Of a stretch of 64,000 bases of DNA, positions 55,400-64,000 are shown piece by piece. This stretch comes from Dehalococcoidia bacterium (lineage in GTDB: Bacteria; Chloroflexota; Dehalococcoidia; Lucifugimonadales; GCA-2712585). Location: contig OY762063.1 in the NCBI GenBank assembly GCA_963665075.1, positions 145,040 through 209,039 on the forward strand, in the 5' to 3' direction. The notes under the pieces are model-generated. The model searched no databases. It had not been told where the DNA came from and saw only the letters and a program-made list of their open reading frames with translations. The position numbers and the translations under genes were made by a program. Position 1 is the stretch's first letter. Each line of letters opens with the position of its first letter.

Positions 55400-56443
55400 T
55401 TATGAGTTGGACCTTCCGTTGGGATTGTCGGGTTTCACGAGGTTGCGGGCGAAGTCTAGCAGGGGTTGCAGCGATTCCGCTTCCAGGTTCGCGGACTGGA
55501 GGGCGTTTTCAGCCTGGTTGAAGTAGTCGGCGACGGCGGATTCGGCGTCGGCGCGGACGTCGCTGGCTTCCAGGAGGGCGAGAAGCTGCCGGTGGTCGTC
55601 GGGTTCGAGGACGCGCTTGAAGTATATGTCGCCGAGGGCGCGTTTCGTCTTCAGGTCGGCGGATTCGAGGAGGGCCGCGACGGGGTAGAGCTTCTTCTTG
55701 TTGAGAAGCTGGGGGCTGGCGGTTCCGCCGTTTTGGTTCCCCCAGACGGCTTCTACGTCCTGGCGGATCTGGTAGGCGAGGCCGAGTTTTTCTCCGGCCT
55801 GATTGAAGGCGTCGATGGTCGATTGGTCGTCGGTGGCGGCCAGGGCGCCGAGGGTCATGGCGCAGGAGGCGACGCTGCCGGTAAGGTCGGCGGCCATCTT
55901 CAGATATGCGGAGCGGGAGATGTCCAGCCGCTCCTGGTGGGAAAGCTCGACGTACTGGCCTTCGCACATTCGGATGCAGGCTTCGTCGAGGATGCCGAGG
56001 GCTTGGAGGACGCGGTCGAGGGGAAGCCCGGCGTCGGCGAGGCGGAAGAGGGCGCTGCGTCCGAGGGCGTGGAGTCCGTCGCCGACGTTGATGGCCTGGC
56101 CCGGCCCCCAGACCCACCAGACGGAGGGGCGGGATTCCTCGCGGGGGTTGCCTTCCTGCACGTCCTTGTGGACTTCGATGAAGGTGTGGACGAGTTCCAT
56201 CGCGGCGGCGGCGGGGAGGGCGGGTTGGTGGCTGCCGCCGACGGACTGGCAGGCCAGGAGGGTGAGGAGGGCGTAGGGACGGGGGGGACGAGGCTTGGGC
56301 AGGGGTTCGCCCTGCTTGTCGGCCCAGCCCAGCTGGTAGAGCATCATGTCGTAGAGCAGGCCCTCGCGGGGGCGAAGGATGGCTTCCAGTTCCCCGTCGA
56401 GGTCGGCGTGGTAGGTTTCTATTGTTTGGGCGATGTCAGGCAT
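55400..56443 (-). CDS. polyprenyl synthase-like protein with both Asp-rich motifs degenerate
   Basis: Collinear with trans-prenyltransferases (LPAAAAMELVHTF..., AINVGDGL, KLGLAYQI...). However, the first motif reads VHKDVQEGNP where IHDDxxD is expected, and the second reads QIRQDVEAVWG where QIxDDxLD is expected. The stop lies 4 nt before the pgk ATG. Confidence 0.7.
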   Translation of the reverse strand: MPDIAQTIETYHADLDGELEAILRPREGLLYDMMLYQLGWADKQGEPLPKPRPPRPYALLTLLACQSVGGSHQPALPAAAAMELVHTFIEVHKDVQEGNPREESRPSVWWVWGPGQAINVGDGLHALGRSALFRLADAGLPLDRVLQALGILDEACIRMCEGQYVELSHQERLDISRSAYLKMAADLTGSVASCAMTLGALAATDDQSTIDAFNQAGEKLGLAYQIRQDVEAVWGNQNGGTASPQLLNKKKLYPVAALLESADLKTKRALGDIYFKRVLEPDDHRQLLALLEASDVRADAESAVADYFNQAENALQSANLEAESLQPLLDFARNLVKPDNPNGRSNS

Positions 56444-56464
56444 GGGGCCTCATGGGTGGGAGAG

Positions 56465-56520
56465 AAGATGGATTCCCGCCTTCGCGGGAATGACGGGCGC
56501 CGGTGAGGGGGAAGGGAGAA
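56465..56520 (+). repeat. A module plus B fragment
   Basis: GGATTCCCGC-CTTC-GCGGGAATGACGG at 56469, followed by GGGGGAAGGGAGAAG. Confidence 0.85.
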
Positions 56521-56555
56521 GATATCGAATAAGTCGCGGTTTTGAATCATTGGCT

Positions 56556-57179
56556 TCATGCTAATTCTACGCCGCATAGCCGGTGGATGCGTTCGGGGGG
56601 GATTGCGCCTACGCGGAGGATTTTGGGGCGTTTGCCGGTTATGTCAACCACGGTTGAGGGGAGGCCGCGGTGGGCGGGGCCGCCGTCTATGACGTAGTCT
56701 ATTGCGTCTCCCAGGGCGCGGTTGACGTCCTGCGCGGTGACGGGGTCGGGGCCGCCGCTGAGATTGGCGCTGGTGCCGACGATGGGCTTGCCCAGGGCGC
56801 GGGCCAAGGCGCGGGGGATTTCGTGGTCGGGGACGCGAACGCCGACGGCGTCGGTGGGGCCGAGGATGGGCGCGGGCAGGCCGGAAACGGGTTCCATGAC
56901 AAGGGTCAGGGGGCCGGGCCAGAAGGTTTCAGCCAGGGCGTGGAAGTGGGGGGAATCCGGTCGTGCGACGAGTTCAACGTCGTCCGCGTCGGCGAGGAGG
57001 AGGGGGAGGCCCTTGTCGGCGCTTCTGCCCTTCACGTCGAGGATTCCGGCCAGGGCATTCAGGGAGAAGGAGTCGCATCCCAAACCGTATAGGGTATCGG
57101 TGGGATAAGCTACTATCCCATCTTTGCGGAGGAACTCCGCCGCCGTTTCGATGCCTCTCTCTATGTCAAGCGAAAGCAT
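56556..57179 (-). CDS. tsaC: L-threonylcarbamoyladenylate synthase (TsaC/YrdC type)
   Basis: GIVAYPTDTLYGLGCD, and GTSANLSGGP. I moved the start to ATG 57179. Confidence 0.88.
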   Translation of the reverse strand: MLSLDIERGIETAAEFLRKDGIVAYPTDTLYGLGCDSFSLNALAGILDVKGRSADKGLPLLLADADDVELVARPDSPHFHALAETFWPGPLTLVMEPVSGLPAPILGPTDAVGVRVPDHEIPRALARALGKPIVGTSANLSGGPDPVTAQDVNRALGDAIDYVIDGGPAHRGLPSTVVDITGKRPKILRVGAIPPERIHRLCGVELA

Positions 57180-57214
57180 ACTCAAAGTTAGGGGCCGCTG
57201 CTCAGGCGTAAAAC

Positions 57215-57242
57215 TTGACTGAGAACGGCAACTGAGTATAGC
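57215..57242 (+). promoter_or_regulatory. candidate promoter of the guaA-purD-purE-HAD-purB-purC unit
   Basis: TTGACT (57215-57220), a 16-nt spacer, then TATAGC (57237-57242). AAGGAG-ATG follows at 57372. Confidence 0.3.
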
Positions 57243-57371
57243 ATAGGCGATAATCTCAGGTACAGGGTGGCCGCGCAAAAGCGTGACTCGGCAAAAGTAT
57301 CAGGCGGGGAACATTTCTGGGCATTTCAGCGTAAGGCGGGCTGTTGCCCGCTATCCGGTTTGAAGGAGCCG

Positions 57372-59039
57372 ATGACTCTACAGCAGTCATCCCCGAGCCG
57401 TCGCATCGCTACCAGCGACGACTTGGAAGTTTCCGCCTACCTTGAAATCGCCAAGGAGAAGGAAGGGCAGGGTTCCCATCGGCCTGAGGAGACGCCCAAG
57501 GTTTCCGAGGGCGTCGTCATCATCGACTTCGGCTCCCAGTACAGCCACCTCATAGCGCGACGCATCCGGGAATTGAACGTCTACAGCGAAGTCGTGCCCC
57601 ACACCGCCGATTGGGAAGACGTGCGAGGGATGAATCCGAAGGGGGTAATCCTCTCCGGCGGGCCGGCCAGCGTTTACGACGAGGGAGCGCCGCTGGCTCC
57701 GGGGTGGGTGTATGAGAAGGAGATGCCGGTTCTCGGCATCTGCTACGGAATGCAGGTGTTGGCCCATCAGTTGGGCGGCAGGGTTGCCCCAAGCGCCAAG
57801 CGGGAATACGGTCACGCCGTTCTACACCAGAACATGACGGAGTCGGCGTTGTTTCAGGGTATGGACGCGACGATGCCGGTGTGGATGAGCCACGGCGACC
57901 AGATTCAGAGTCTGCCGCCCGATTTTTCCTCCCTGGCGTACACGGACAATTCGCCCATCGCGGTGATGGCCGGCTTCAACAACGTGTTCGGGTTGCAGTT
58001 TCACCCGGAGGTGGCGCACACGCCCCAGGGGAAGGGGATTCTGGAGAATTTTCTGTACCGGATTTGCGGGTGCCAGAGTCGGTGGACGGTGGACAACTTC
58101 GTGTATGCGGCGATTCACAAGATTCGGGAGCAGGTGGGGGACGGAAAGGTTATCTGCGCGCTGTCCGGCGGGGTGGATTCGGCGGTGACGGCTACGCTGA
58201 TACATCGTGCGGTGGGCAACCAGCTGACGTGCATCTTCGTCAACAACGGGCTGCTCAGGCGGGAGGAGGCGGAGCGGGTGCAGCGGACGTTTCAGCAGAA
58301 TTTGAGCATGAACCTGCTGTACATGGACGCCTCGGAGCGGTTTCTGGACAGGCTTGTGGGGGTGGTTGATCCGGAGCAGAAGCGGAAGGTCATCGGCGAA
58401 GAGTTCATTCGCGTCTTCGAAGACGCGGCGACGGAGTTGAGCGACGCGGACTTTCTGGCCCAGGGAACGCTGTACCCGGACGTCATCGAAAGCCAGACGT
58501 CGGAGAACGAGGCGTCGGCGACAATCAAGACGCATCACAACGTGGGCGGGCTGCCCAAGGACATGAACTTGAAGCTGGTGGAGCCTCTGCGGTATCTGTT
58601 CAAGGACGAAATCAGGGGCGTGGCGTCGGCGTTGGGGCTGCCGGAGGAGATAGTCATGCGGCAGCCGTTTCCGGGGCCGGGGCTGGCGATAAGATGTCTG
58701 GGAGAAGTGACGCCGGAGAAGCTGGAGATACTTCGCGCCTGCGACTGGATAGTTATGGACGAAATCAAGGGGGCGGACCTGTATCGGCATTTGTGGCAGA
58801 CTTTCGCCGTGCTCACGGACGCCCGAAGCGTGGGGGTGATGGGGGACTTTCGAACCTACGGCTACGCGGCAGCCATCCGCGCCGTTTCCAGCGAAGACGC
58901 GATGACGGCGGATTGGGCGCGTCTGCCCTACGACGTGCTGGCCCGGATTTCCAGCCGAATCGTCAACGAAGTGCCGCAGGTGAACCGGGTGGTGTACGAC
59001 ATCACCAGCAAGCCGCCGGGGACTATCGAATGGGAGTAG
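57372..59039 (+). CDS. guaA: GMP synthase (glutamine-hydrolysing)
   Basis: GATase domain ([26 protein letters not shown]), ATP-PPase SGGVDSAV, and the C-terminal dimerisation domain ending [11 protein letters not shown] 57372 follows AAGGAG. There is a ~40-aa N-terminal extension. Confidence 0.94.
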   Translation: MTLQQSSPSRRIATSDDLEVSAYLEIAKEKEGQGSHRPEETPKVSEGVVIIDFGSQYSHLIARRIRELNVYSEVVPHTADWEDVRGMNPKGVILSGGPASVYDEGAPLAPGWVYEKEMPVLGICYGMQVLAHQLGGRVAPSAKREYGHAVLHQNMTESALFQGMDATMPVWMSHGDQIQSLPPDFSSLAYTDNSPIAVMAGFNNVFGLQFHPEVAHTPQGKGILENFLYRICGCQSRWTVDNFVYAAIHKIREQVGDGKVICALSGGVDSAVTATLIHRAVGNQLTCIFVNNGLLRREEAERVQRTFQQNLSMNLLYMDASERFLDRLVGVVDPEQKRKVIGEEFIRVFEDAATELSDADFLAQGTLYPDVIESQTSENEASATIKTHHNVGGLPKDMNLKLVEPLRYLFKDEIRGVASALGLPEEIVMRQPFPGPGLAIRCLGEVTPEKLEILRACDWIVMDEIKGADLYRHLWQTFAVLTDARSVGVMGDFRTYGYAAAIRAVSSEDAMTADWARLPYDVLARISSRIVNEVPQVNRVVYDITSKPPGTIEWE

Positions 59040-59048
59040 GATAGGCTG

Positions 59049-60341
59049 ATGCGCGTGTTGGTTATCGGATCCGGCGCCAGGGAGCACACCCTGGCCTGGA
59101 AGTTGAGCAAAAGCCCGCAGGTGGACAGGGTGTTCGTCGCGCCGGGGAACGCCGGAACGCAGGACGTGGGCATGAACGTGAACATCCAGGCGGACGACAT
59201 TCCGAAGCTGGCGATGTTCGCCCGGAAATATGGCGTAGACCTGACGGTGGTGGGGCCGGAAGACCCGCTGGCAAACGGAATCGTGGATCGGTTCCAGATG
59301 GCGGGACTGAATATCTTCGGGCCGTCCCGGGACGGCGCGCGCATCGAGGCGAGCAAGTCTTTCGCTCGTCTGCTCATGCGGAAGTACGATATTCCGTCGC
59401 CGGAGTTCAAGATTTTCAACAGATACGCCGACGGGTACGAGTTCCTTTCCAACCACGAAGGGCAGGTAGTGGTGAAGGCGGACGGGCTGGCGGGCGGCAA
59501 GGGCGCCCTTATATGTCGAGACCAGGAGGCGGCGATAAACGCTCTCTACGATTGCATGGAGGACCGGATTTTCGGGCCGGCCGGGGCTACGGTGGTGGTG
59601 GAGGAGATGCTGGAGGGGCAGGAGATCAGCGTGTTTGGCTTCTCCGACGGGAAGAATGTTTCGTCCTTAATCGCCGCCTGCGACTACAAGCGGCTTTTGG
59701 ACGGGGATCGCGGTCTGAACACGGGGGGGATGGGCAGCTACGCGCCCGCGGACGTGTGGAACAAGGAGTTGGAGCGGAAGGTGCGAAAGGAGGTGATGGA
59801 GCCGGTGGTGAAGGGCATGGCGAACGAGGGCTATCCGTATCGCGGGGCGCTTTACGCGGGGCTGATGCTGACCCACGAAGGCATCAGGGTGTTGGAGTTC
59901 AACTGTCGGCTGGGAGATCCGGAGACGCAGGTTATACTCCCTTCGATGAAGTCGGACCTGGCGAAAGTGATGCTGGCGACGATGCGCGGCGGGTTGGGGA
60001 GGACGAAGGTGGACTGGGGGAATCAGGCCTGCGTGGGAGTCGTGGTCGCGTCGCGGGGCTATCCGGGGGAATACCGCCGCGGGCTGGAGGTCAACGGACT
60101 GGACATGGTGGACGGGGATATACTAGTCTTCCATGCCGGCACAAGAAGGCAAGCGTCCGAGGTGGTGACCACCGGCGGGCGGGTGCTCACGGTGGTCGGC
60201 GCCGGCGCGACGGTGACGGACGCGCATGAGCGGGTATATGAAAACGTGGAGCGGGTGACGTTCCAGGGGAGCCATTTCAGAAGAGACATCGGCATCATCG
60301 AGGCGGAACCGCCGCCGGGCGAGAAGCCAAGAAACGCATGA
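59049..60341 (+). CDS. purD: phosphoribosylamine--glycine ligase
   Basis: MRVLVIGSGAREHTLAWKL, and the ATP-grasp motifs VVKADGLAGGKG and EFNCRLGDPETQ. Confidence 0.95.
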   Translation: MRVLVIGSGAREHTLAWKLSKSPQVDRVFVAPGNAGTQDVGMNVNIQADDIPKLAMFARKYGVDLTVVGPEDPLANGIVDRFQMAGLNIFGPSRDGARIEASKSFARLLMRKYDIPSPEFKIFNRYADGYEFLSNHEGQVVVKADGLAGGKGALICRDQEAAINALYDCMEDRIFGPAGATVVVEEMLEGQEISVFGFSDGKNVSSLIAACDYKRLLDGDRGLNTGGMGSYAPADVWNKELERKVRKEVMEPVVKGMANEGYPYRGALYAGLMLTHEGIRVLEFNCRLGDPETQVILPSMKSDLAKVMLATMRGGLGRTKVDWGNQACVGVVVASRGYPGEYRRGLEVNGLDMVDGDILVFHAGTRRQASEVVTTGGRVLTVVGAGATVTDAHERVYENVERVTFQGSHFRRDIGIIEAEPPPGEKPRNA

Positions 60342-60353
60342 AAGGTGAAGTGA

Positions 60354-60812
60354 ATGAGTAGAGTCGGCGTGGTTATGGGAAGTTCGTCGGACGAGCCGGT
60401 GGTGCAGGCCACCATCGACGTGTTGGAGGATTTGGGCATAGATTGCGAGGTTAGGGTCATGTCGGCCCATCGCAGGCCGAAGGCGGTGATGGAGTACGCG
60501 GTTTCGGCGCGAGAGCGGGGAATCGAGGTGCTGATAGGCGCGGCGGGCGGGTCGGCGGCTCTGCCGGGAGTGCTGGCCGCGTGGTCGACGCTGCCCGTCA
60601 TCGGGATACCCCTCGCCAGCAGCGAACTTGGCGGTTCGGACGCGTTGACGGCCATAGCGCAGATGCCGCCGGGCGTGCCCGTGGCGTGCGTCGCGGTGGG
60701 TTCGTGGGGCGCGCGGAACGCCGCTTATCTGGCGGCGGAGATTCTGGCGCTGAAGCACGATGACGTCAGGGAGTCTTATGAGGCTTACAGGAAGAAGCTG
60801 CAAGAAGGGTAG
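60354..60812 (+). CDS. purE: (carboxy)aminoimidazole ribonucleotide mutase PurE
   Basis: VGVVMGSSSD, VMSAHRRP, GAAGGSAALPGV. I did not resolve class I versus class II, and no purK lies adjacent. Confidence 0.9.
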   Translation: MSRVGVVMGSSSDEPVVQATIDVLEDLGIDCEVRVMSAHRRPKAVMEYAVSARERGIEVLIGAAGGSAALPGVLAAWSTLPVIGIPLASSELGGSDALTAIAQMPPGVPVACVAVGSWGARNAAYLAAEILALKHDDVRESYEAYRKKLQEG

Positions 60813-60821
60813 TGGCCTCTT

Positions 60822-61517
60822 GTGAAGGATTCAATAATTCCTGACAAGGGGCCGGCGGTCATCTGCGACTTCGACGACACGACGGTGTTGGAGAACGTGG
60901 CGGAGATGCTGTTGAAGGAGTTCGGCGGCGAGGGGTGGAGGGAGTATCAACGGCTCAACGTCAAGCATCGGATGACGTTGAAGGAGTACCAGGAGCGGGC
61001 GTTTCAGACGGTGAAGGTCGGGCGTGAGGAGATGAAGAATCACGTCAAGGAAAACGCCACGCTTCGTCCTCACTTCAAAGCCGTGTACGAGCATTGCCGG
61101 AAGCACGGGATTCCGTTGGCTATCGCGACGATGGGGCTGGACTTCTACGTGGAGGCGCTGCTGGAGCGGGAGGGGATGGAATCCGTCGAAAGCTATGCGG
61201 CGGAAACGGAGTTCACGGACGATGGAATCCGGTACGAATACCCCTACGCCTCCAAGGACTGCTGGCAGCCGGGGAATTGCAAGTGCGCGGTGATTGAGCG
61301 GTATCGGAAGAAAGGGCATTCGACGATTCTCTTCGCGGGCGACGGGAAGACGGACATCTGCCCGGCGGACCGGTCGGACGTGGTGTTCGCGCGTCGCTAC
61401 CTGGAGGAGCACCGGCTGGAGAAGGGGCTGCCCTTCGTCAAGTTATCAGATTTCTCAAAGATGGTATGCGCCCTGAAAGAGCTTGCGCGCGGGGAAGAGG
61501 CGGCAACCCATGATTGA
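60822..61517 (+). CDS. HAD-IB phosphatase, MtnX-like
   Basis: DFDDT nucleophile motif, GDGKTD motif IV, and a Cys-containing insert (DCWQPGNCKCAV). The overall layout resembles 2-hydroxy-3-keto-5-methylthiopentenyl-1-phosphate phosphatase as I recall it. GTG start; overlaps purB by 8 nt. Confidence 0.7.
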   Translation: MKDSIIPDKGPAVICDFDDTTVLENVAEMLLKEFGGEGWREYQRLNVKHRMTLKEYQERAFQTVKVGREEMKNHVKENATLRPHFKAVYEHCRKHGIPLAIATMGLDFYVEALLEREGMESVESYAAETEFTDDGIRYEYPYASKDCWQPGNCKCAVIERYRKKGHSTILFAGDGKTDICPADRSDVVFARRYLEEHRLEKGLPFVKLSDFSKMVCALKELARGEEAATHD

Positions 61518-62802
61518 GCGGTACACGAGGCCCGCGATGGGTGGGGTGTGGTCGGAGCGGAACAAGTATGACCGGTGGATGCAGGTGGAGTTGGCGGTGT
61601 GCGAGGCGTGGACGGAGGAGGGGACGATTCCGCTTGCGGACATGGAGAAGCTGCGCGGGGCCACCTATGACTACGAACGGCTGGAGGAGATTCTGGCCGT
61701 GCATCGGCACGAGATGACGGCGTTTTTGCAGTCGATAACGGAAGGCATCGGGCCGGAGGGTCGGTGGCTGCATCTGGGGCTGACCACCAGCGACGTTTGG
61801 GACACGGCGACCAGCTTGCAGATTCTCGACGCCATCGACCTGCTGGACGAAGAGATCGACGCGCTGATGGAGGCCATTCGGGTCAGGGCGTTGGAGCACA
61901 AGGACACGCTGATGATTGGGCGGACGCATGGCATTCACGCCGAGCCGGTGACCTTCGGGTTGAAGCTGGCGGTGTGGTATGACGAGATGCGTCGCAACAA
62001 GGGGCGGCTGTCTCAGGCGCGGGCGACGATGGCCTACGGGAAGCTGTCCGGGCCGGTTGGCACCCACGGGACGGTGCCGCCGTCCATTGAGGCGGCGGTG
62101 TGCAAGCGGCTGGGGTTGAAGGCGGCTCCTGCGTCCACGCAGATACTTCAGCGAGACCGTCATGCCGAGTACGTGACGACGCTGGCTTTAATCGCGGCGT
62201 CGTTGGAGAAATTCGCGACAGAGATTCGGGGGCTGCAACGGACGGAGATACGGGAAGTTGCGGAGTCGTTTCCGAAGGGGCAGCCGGGGTCGTCGTCGAT
62301 GCCGCACAAGCGGAACCCGGAGCTTTCGGAGCGGGTATGCGGACTGGCGCGGCTGATTCGCGGTCACGCGGTGACGGCATTGGAGAACGTGGCGTTGTGG
62401 CACGAGCGGGACATCAGTCATTCGTCGGCGGAGCGGCTGATATTGCCGGACGCTTCGATTGCGCTCGACTACGCGCTAAACCTGATGTCGGGGTTGGTGC
62501 GGGATCTGCACGTTGACGCCGAGCGTATGATGTACAATATCGAATCTACTCATGGCGTGTTATTCTCCCAAAGGGTGCTGCTGGCCCTGATTGAGCAGGG
62601 CATGGCGCGGGAGTCGGCATACGCCATCGTCCACAATCGGGCGATGGAGAGCTGGGAGAGCGGCCAGGACTTCCGGGAGATGATGAGGTCCGACCCGGAC
62701 GTGAGCCGGTCGCTGGCGTCGGAGGAGTTGGAAGCCTTATTTGACTACAGGTATTACGTCCGGCACGTGGACGAAATTTTCGAGCGTGTCGGCCTGAAAT
62801 AG
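61510..62802 (+). CDS. purB: adenylosuccinate lyase
   Basis: MIERYTRPAMGGVWSE N-terminus and the signature loop GSSSMPHKRNP. Confidence 0.95.
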   Translation: MIERYTRPAMGGVWSERNKYDRWMQVELAVCEAWTEEGTIPLADMEKLRGATYDYERLEEILAVHRHEMTAFLQSITEGIGPEGRWLHLGLTTSDVWDTATSLQILDAIDLLDEEIDALMEAIRVRALEHKDTLMIGRTHGIHAEPVTFGLKLAVWYDEMRRNKGRLSQARATMAYGKLSGPVGTHGTVPPSIEAAVCKRLGLKAAPASTQILQRDRHAEYVTTLALIAASLEKFATEIRGLQRTEIREVAESFPKGQPGSSSMPHKRNPELSERVCGLARLIRGHAVTALENVALWHERDISHSSAERLILPDASIALDYALNLMSGLVRDLHVDAERMMYNIESTHGVLFSQRVLLALIEQGMARESAYAIVHNRAMESWESGQDFREMMRSDPDVSRSLASEELEALFDYRYYVRHVDEIFERVGLK

Positions 62803-62807
62803 GAGGA

Positions 62808-63716
62808 ATGAAACGAATGGAAGCATTGATGGAGACCCGTCTGCCCAATCTGATGTACCGCGGAAAGGTGCGGGACACGTACAGCCTGGACGATGAGACG
62901 CTGCTGATGGTGGCGTCGGACAGGATTTCAGCCTTCGACGTAGTGCTGCCCACGGGCATACCGCTAAAGGGGCTGGTGTTGAGTCGGATTTCGTCGTTCT
63001 GGTTCGACAAGACGGCGCACCTGATACCGAATCACCTGATAGCGATGGGAGACGCGCCGGGGGCCATTCCGTCGGACTCGCCCGTGGGTGAGGTGCCGGA
63101 GTCTATCGCTCGGCAGGCGATGGTGGTGAAGAAGGCTGATCGGGTGGACGTGGAGTGCATCGTGCGGGGATACATCGCGGGGTCGGCATGGGCGGAGTAT
63201 AGGCGCGAAAGAACGGTTTTCGGTAAGCCGATGTCCGCCGGGTTGCAGGAGGGGCAGATCTTCCCGGAGCCGATTTTCACGCCTACCACGAAGGCGGAGG
63301 AGGGGCACGATGAGAACATCAGCCTGGAGGAAGTGCGGAACATGGTGGGCGCGGACGTGGCGACGCAGCTGGAGGAGAAGAGCATCGCGGTCTACGAGTT
63401 CGCGCGGGATTACGCCTCCAGCAAGGGGATAATTCTCGCCGACACGAAGCTGGAGTTCGGTTTCGTGGACGGGGAGTTGATTCTGATTGACGAGATTTTC
63501 ACGCCGGATTCGAGCCGCTTCTGGGACATGGAGGGGTACGAGCCGGGGAAGGACCAGCCCAGCTTCGACAAGCAGTACGTGCGGGACTGGCTGGTGGCGC
63601 AGGGGTGGGACAAGGAGCCGCCCGCGCCGGAATTGCCGAGCGAGATTGTCGCGAACACGTCAGCGCGGTACCAGGAAGCATTCCGAAAGCTGACGGGGAT
63701 GGAGTTGCTTGGATAA
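62808..63716 (+). CDS. purC: phosphoribosylaminoimidazole-succinocarboxamide synthase
   Basis: YRGKVRDTY, LADTKLEFG, and DEIFTPDSSRFW (long-form SAICAR synthetase). Confidence 0.94.
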   Translation: MKRMEALMETRLPNLMYRGKVRDTYSLDDETLLMVASDRISAFDVVLPTGIPLKGLVLSRISSFWFDKTAHLIPNHLIAMGDAPGAIPSDSPVGEVPESIARQAMVVKKADRVDVECIVRGYIAGSAWAEYRRERTVFGKPMSAGLQEGQIFPEPIFTPTTKAEEGHDENISLEEVRNMVGADVATQLEEKSIAVYEFARDYASSKGIILADTKLEFGFVDGELILIDEIFTPDSSRFWDMEGYEPGKDQPSFDKQYVRDWLVAQGWDKEPPAPELPSEIVANTSARYQEAFRKLTGMELLG

Positions 63717-63718
63717 GA

Positions 63719-63869
63719 GGAGACCTTTGGGTAACTGCAAAATACGCCATCCGAATCACCCTCACCCCAGCCCTCTCCCTCAAGGGAGAGGGGGCAAGAG
63801 GGGGATGGATTCCCGCCTTCGCGGGAATGACGAAGGGGAGGCGGGAATGACGGTTACGCTGAGGTCTTC
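63719..63869 (+). mobile_element. 151-bp MITE-like composite (inverted D-like ends enclosing B' and A), starting 3 nt after the purC stop
   Basis: Left end GGAGACCTTTGGGTAAC (63719-63735) against the reverse complement of GTTACGCTGAGGTCTTC (63853-63869) matches at 13/17. Internal B' at 63756 and A at 63805. Confidence 0.5.
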
Positions 63870-64000
63870 GTAAGAGGGAGAGAAAGATTGCCTGAAAGCA
63901 GCAGAAGAAACAGGACGAAGCGGAGTCGTCACTCGCCTAACAGAAGGCGGCGCGCGGCGGCGCGCAGGCAGATAGTATCGACCGACGTCGCCAGGCCGAA

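Noticed and set aside
63870-64000. A possible gene start at the window edge (TTG CCT GAA AGC ... encoding a basic peptide LPESSRRNRTKRSRHSPNRRRRAAARRQ...).
   Set aside because: Only ~35 codons are visible. The composition is like the shadow ORFs, and there is no recognisable motif or ribosome-binding site. This is not enough to call.

Overview
This is a GC-rich bacterial chromosomal segment (roughly 60-65% G+C by eye). It is almost entirely core housekeeping.

**Genes.** I can support 56 protein-coding genes:
- three class I aminoacyl-tRNA synthetases (valS, metG, ileS), plus secA and prs
- two purine blocks, purF-purM-purH and guaA-purD-purE-HAD-purB-purC, plus purA
- lysine/DAP genes dapB-asd-dapA, a dapL-like aminotransferase and dapF
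- pnp-rpsO
- the cluster rpmH-rnpA-yidD-[PQQ propeller]-yidC-jag; rpmH is absent from the ORF track and was found by hand
- pgk-apgM-tpiA
- lipA, gmk, tyrA, miaA, rph, hflX, tsaC, rsmI and tlyA
- one hicBA toxin-antitoxin pair, a PaREP1/HEPN-like orphan, and a few unknowns

I found no rRNA, tRNA, CRISPR array, transposase, integrase or recognisable defence island. The gene content (DapL route, archaeal-type apgM) and the repeat vocabulary remind me of Chloroflexota-type genomes, but that is only a guess.

**Repeats.** The unusual content is mostly non-genic. Nearly every intergenic gap is filled with a mosaic of short hairpin-repeat modules, named here:
- A: GGATTCCCGC-CTGC-GCGGGAATGACGG
- B: CACCCCCATCCCAACCTTCCCCC-ATCAA-GGGGGAAGGG, with B' as its CCTCTCCCT/AGGGAGAGG variant
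- C: GCTCGACCCTTCGACAAGCTCAGGGTGAGCGG
- D: GGTTATGCAAAGGTCTCC
- E: GTAGGGGCGACCGGCCGGTCGCCCCTAC

Every copy I found lies in one chromosomal orientation, and the stems show compensatory changes.

**Other observations.**
- The strongest is that eight tandem 42-bp A units sit in frame inside purH, at its interdomain linker.
- PNPase carries a ~99-aa RGG/Gly-rich tail.
- yidC and jag overlap by 116 nt, out of frame.
- A polyprenyl-synthase-like gene with both Asp-rich motifs degenerate sits where gap usually precedes pgk.
- MITE-like composites are bounded by inverted D modules.
- 20/21/27-bp minisatellites could form G-quadruplexes on one strand only.

Most long antisense ORFs in the supplied track are high-GC shadow ORFs or translated repeats.
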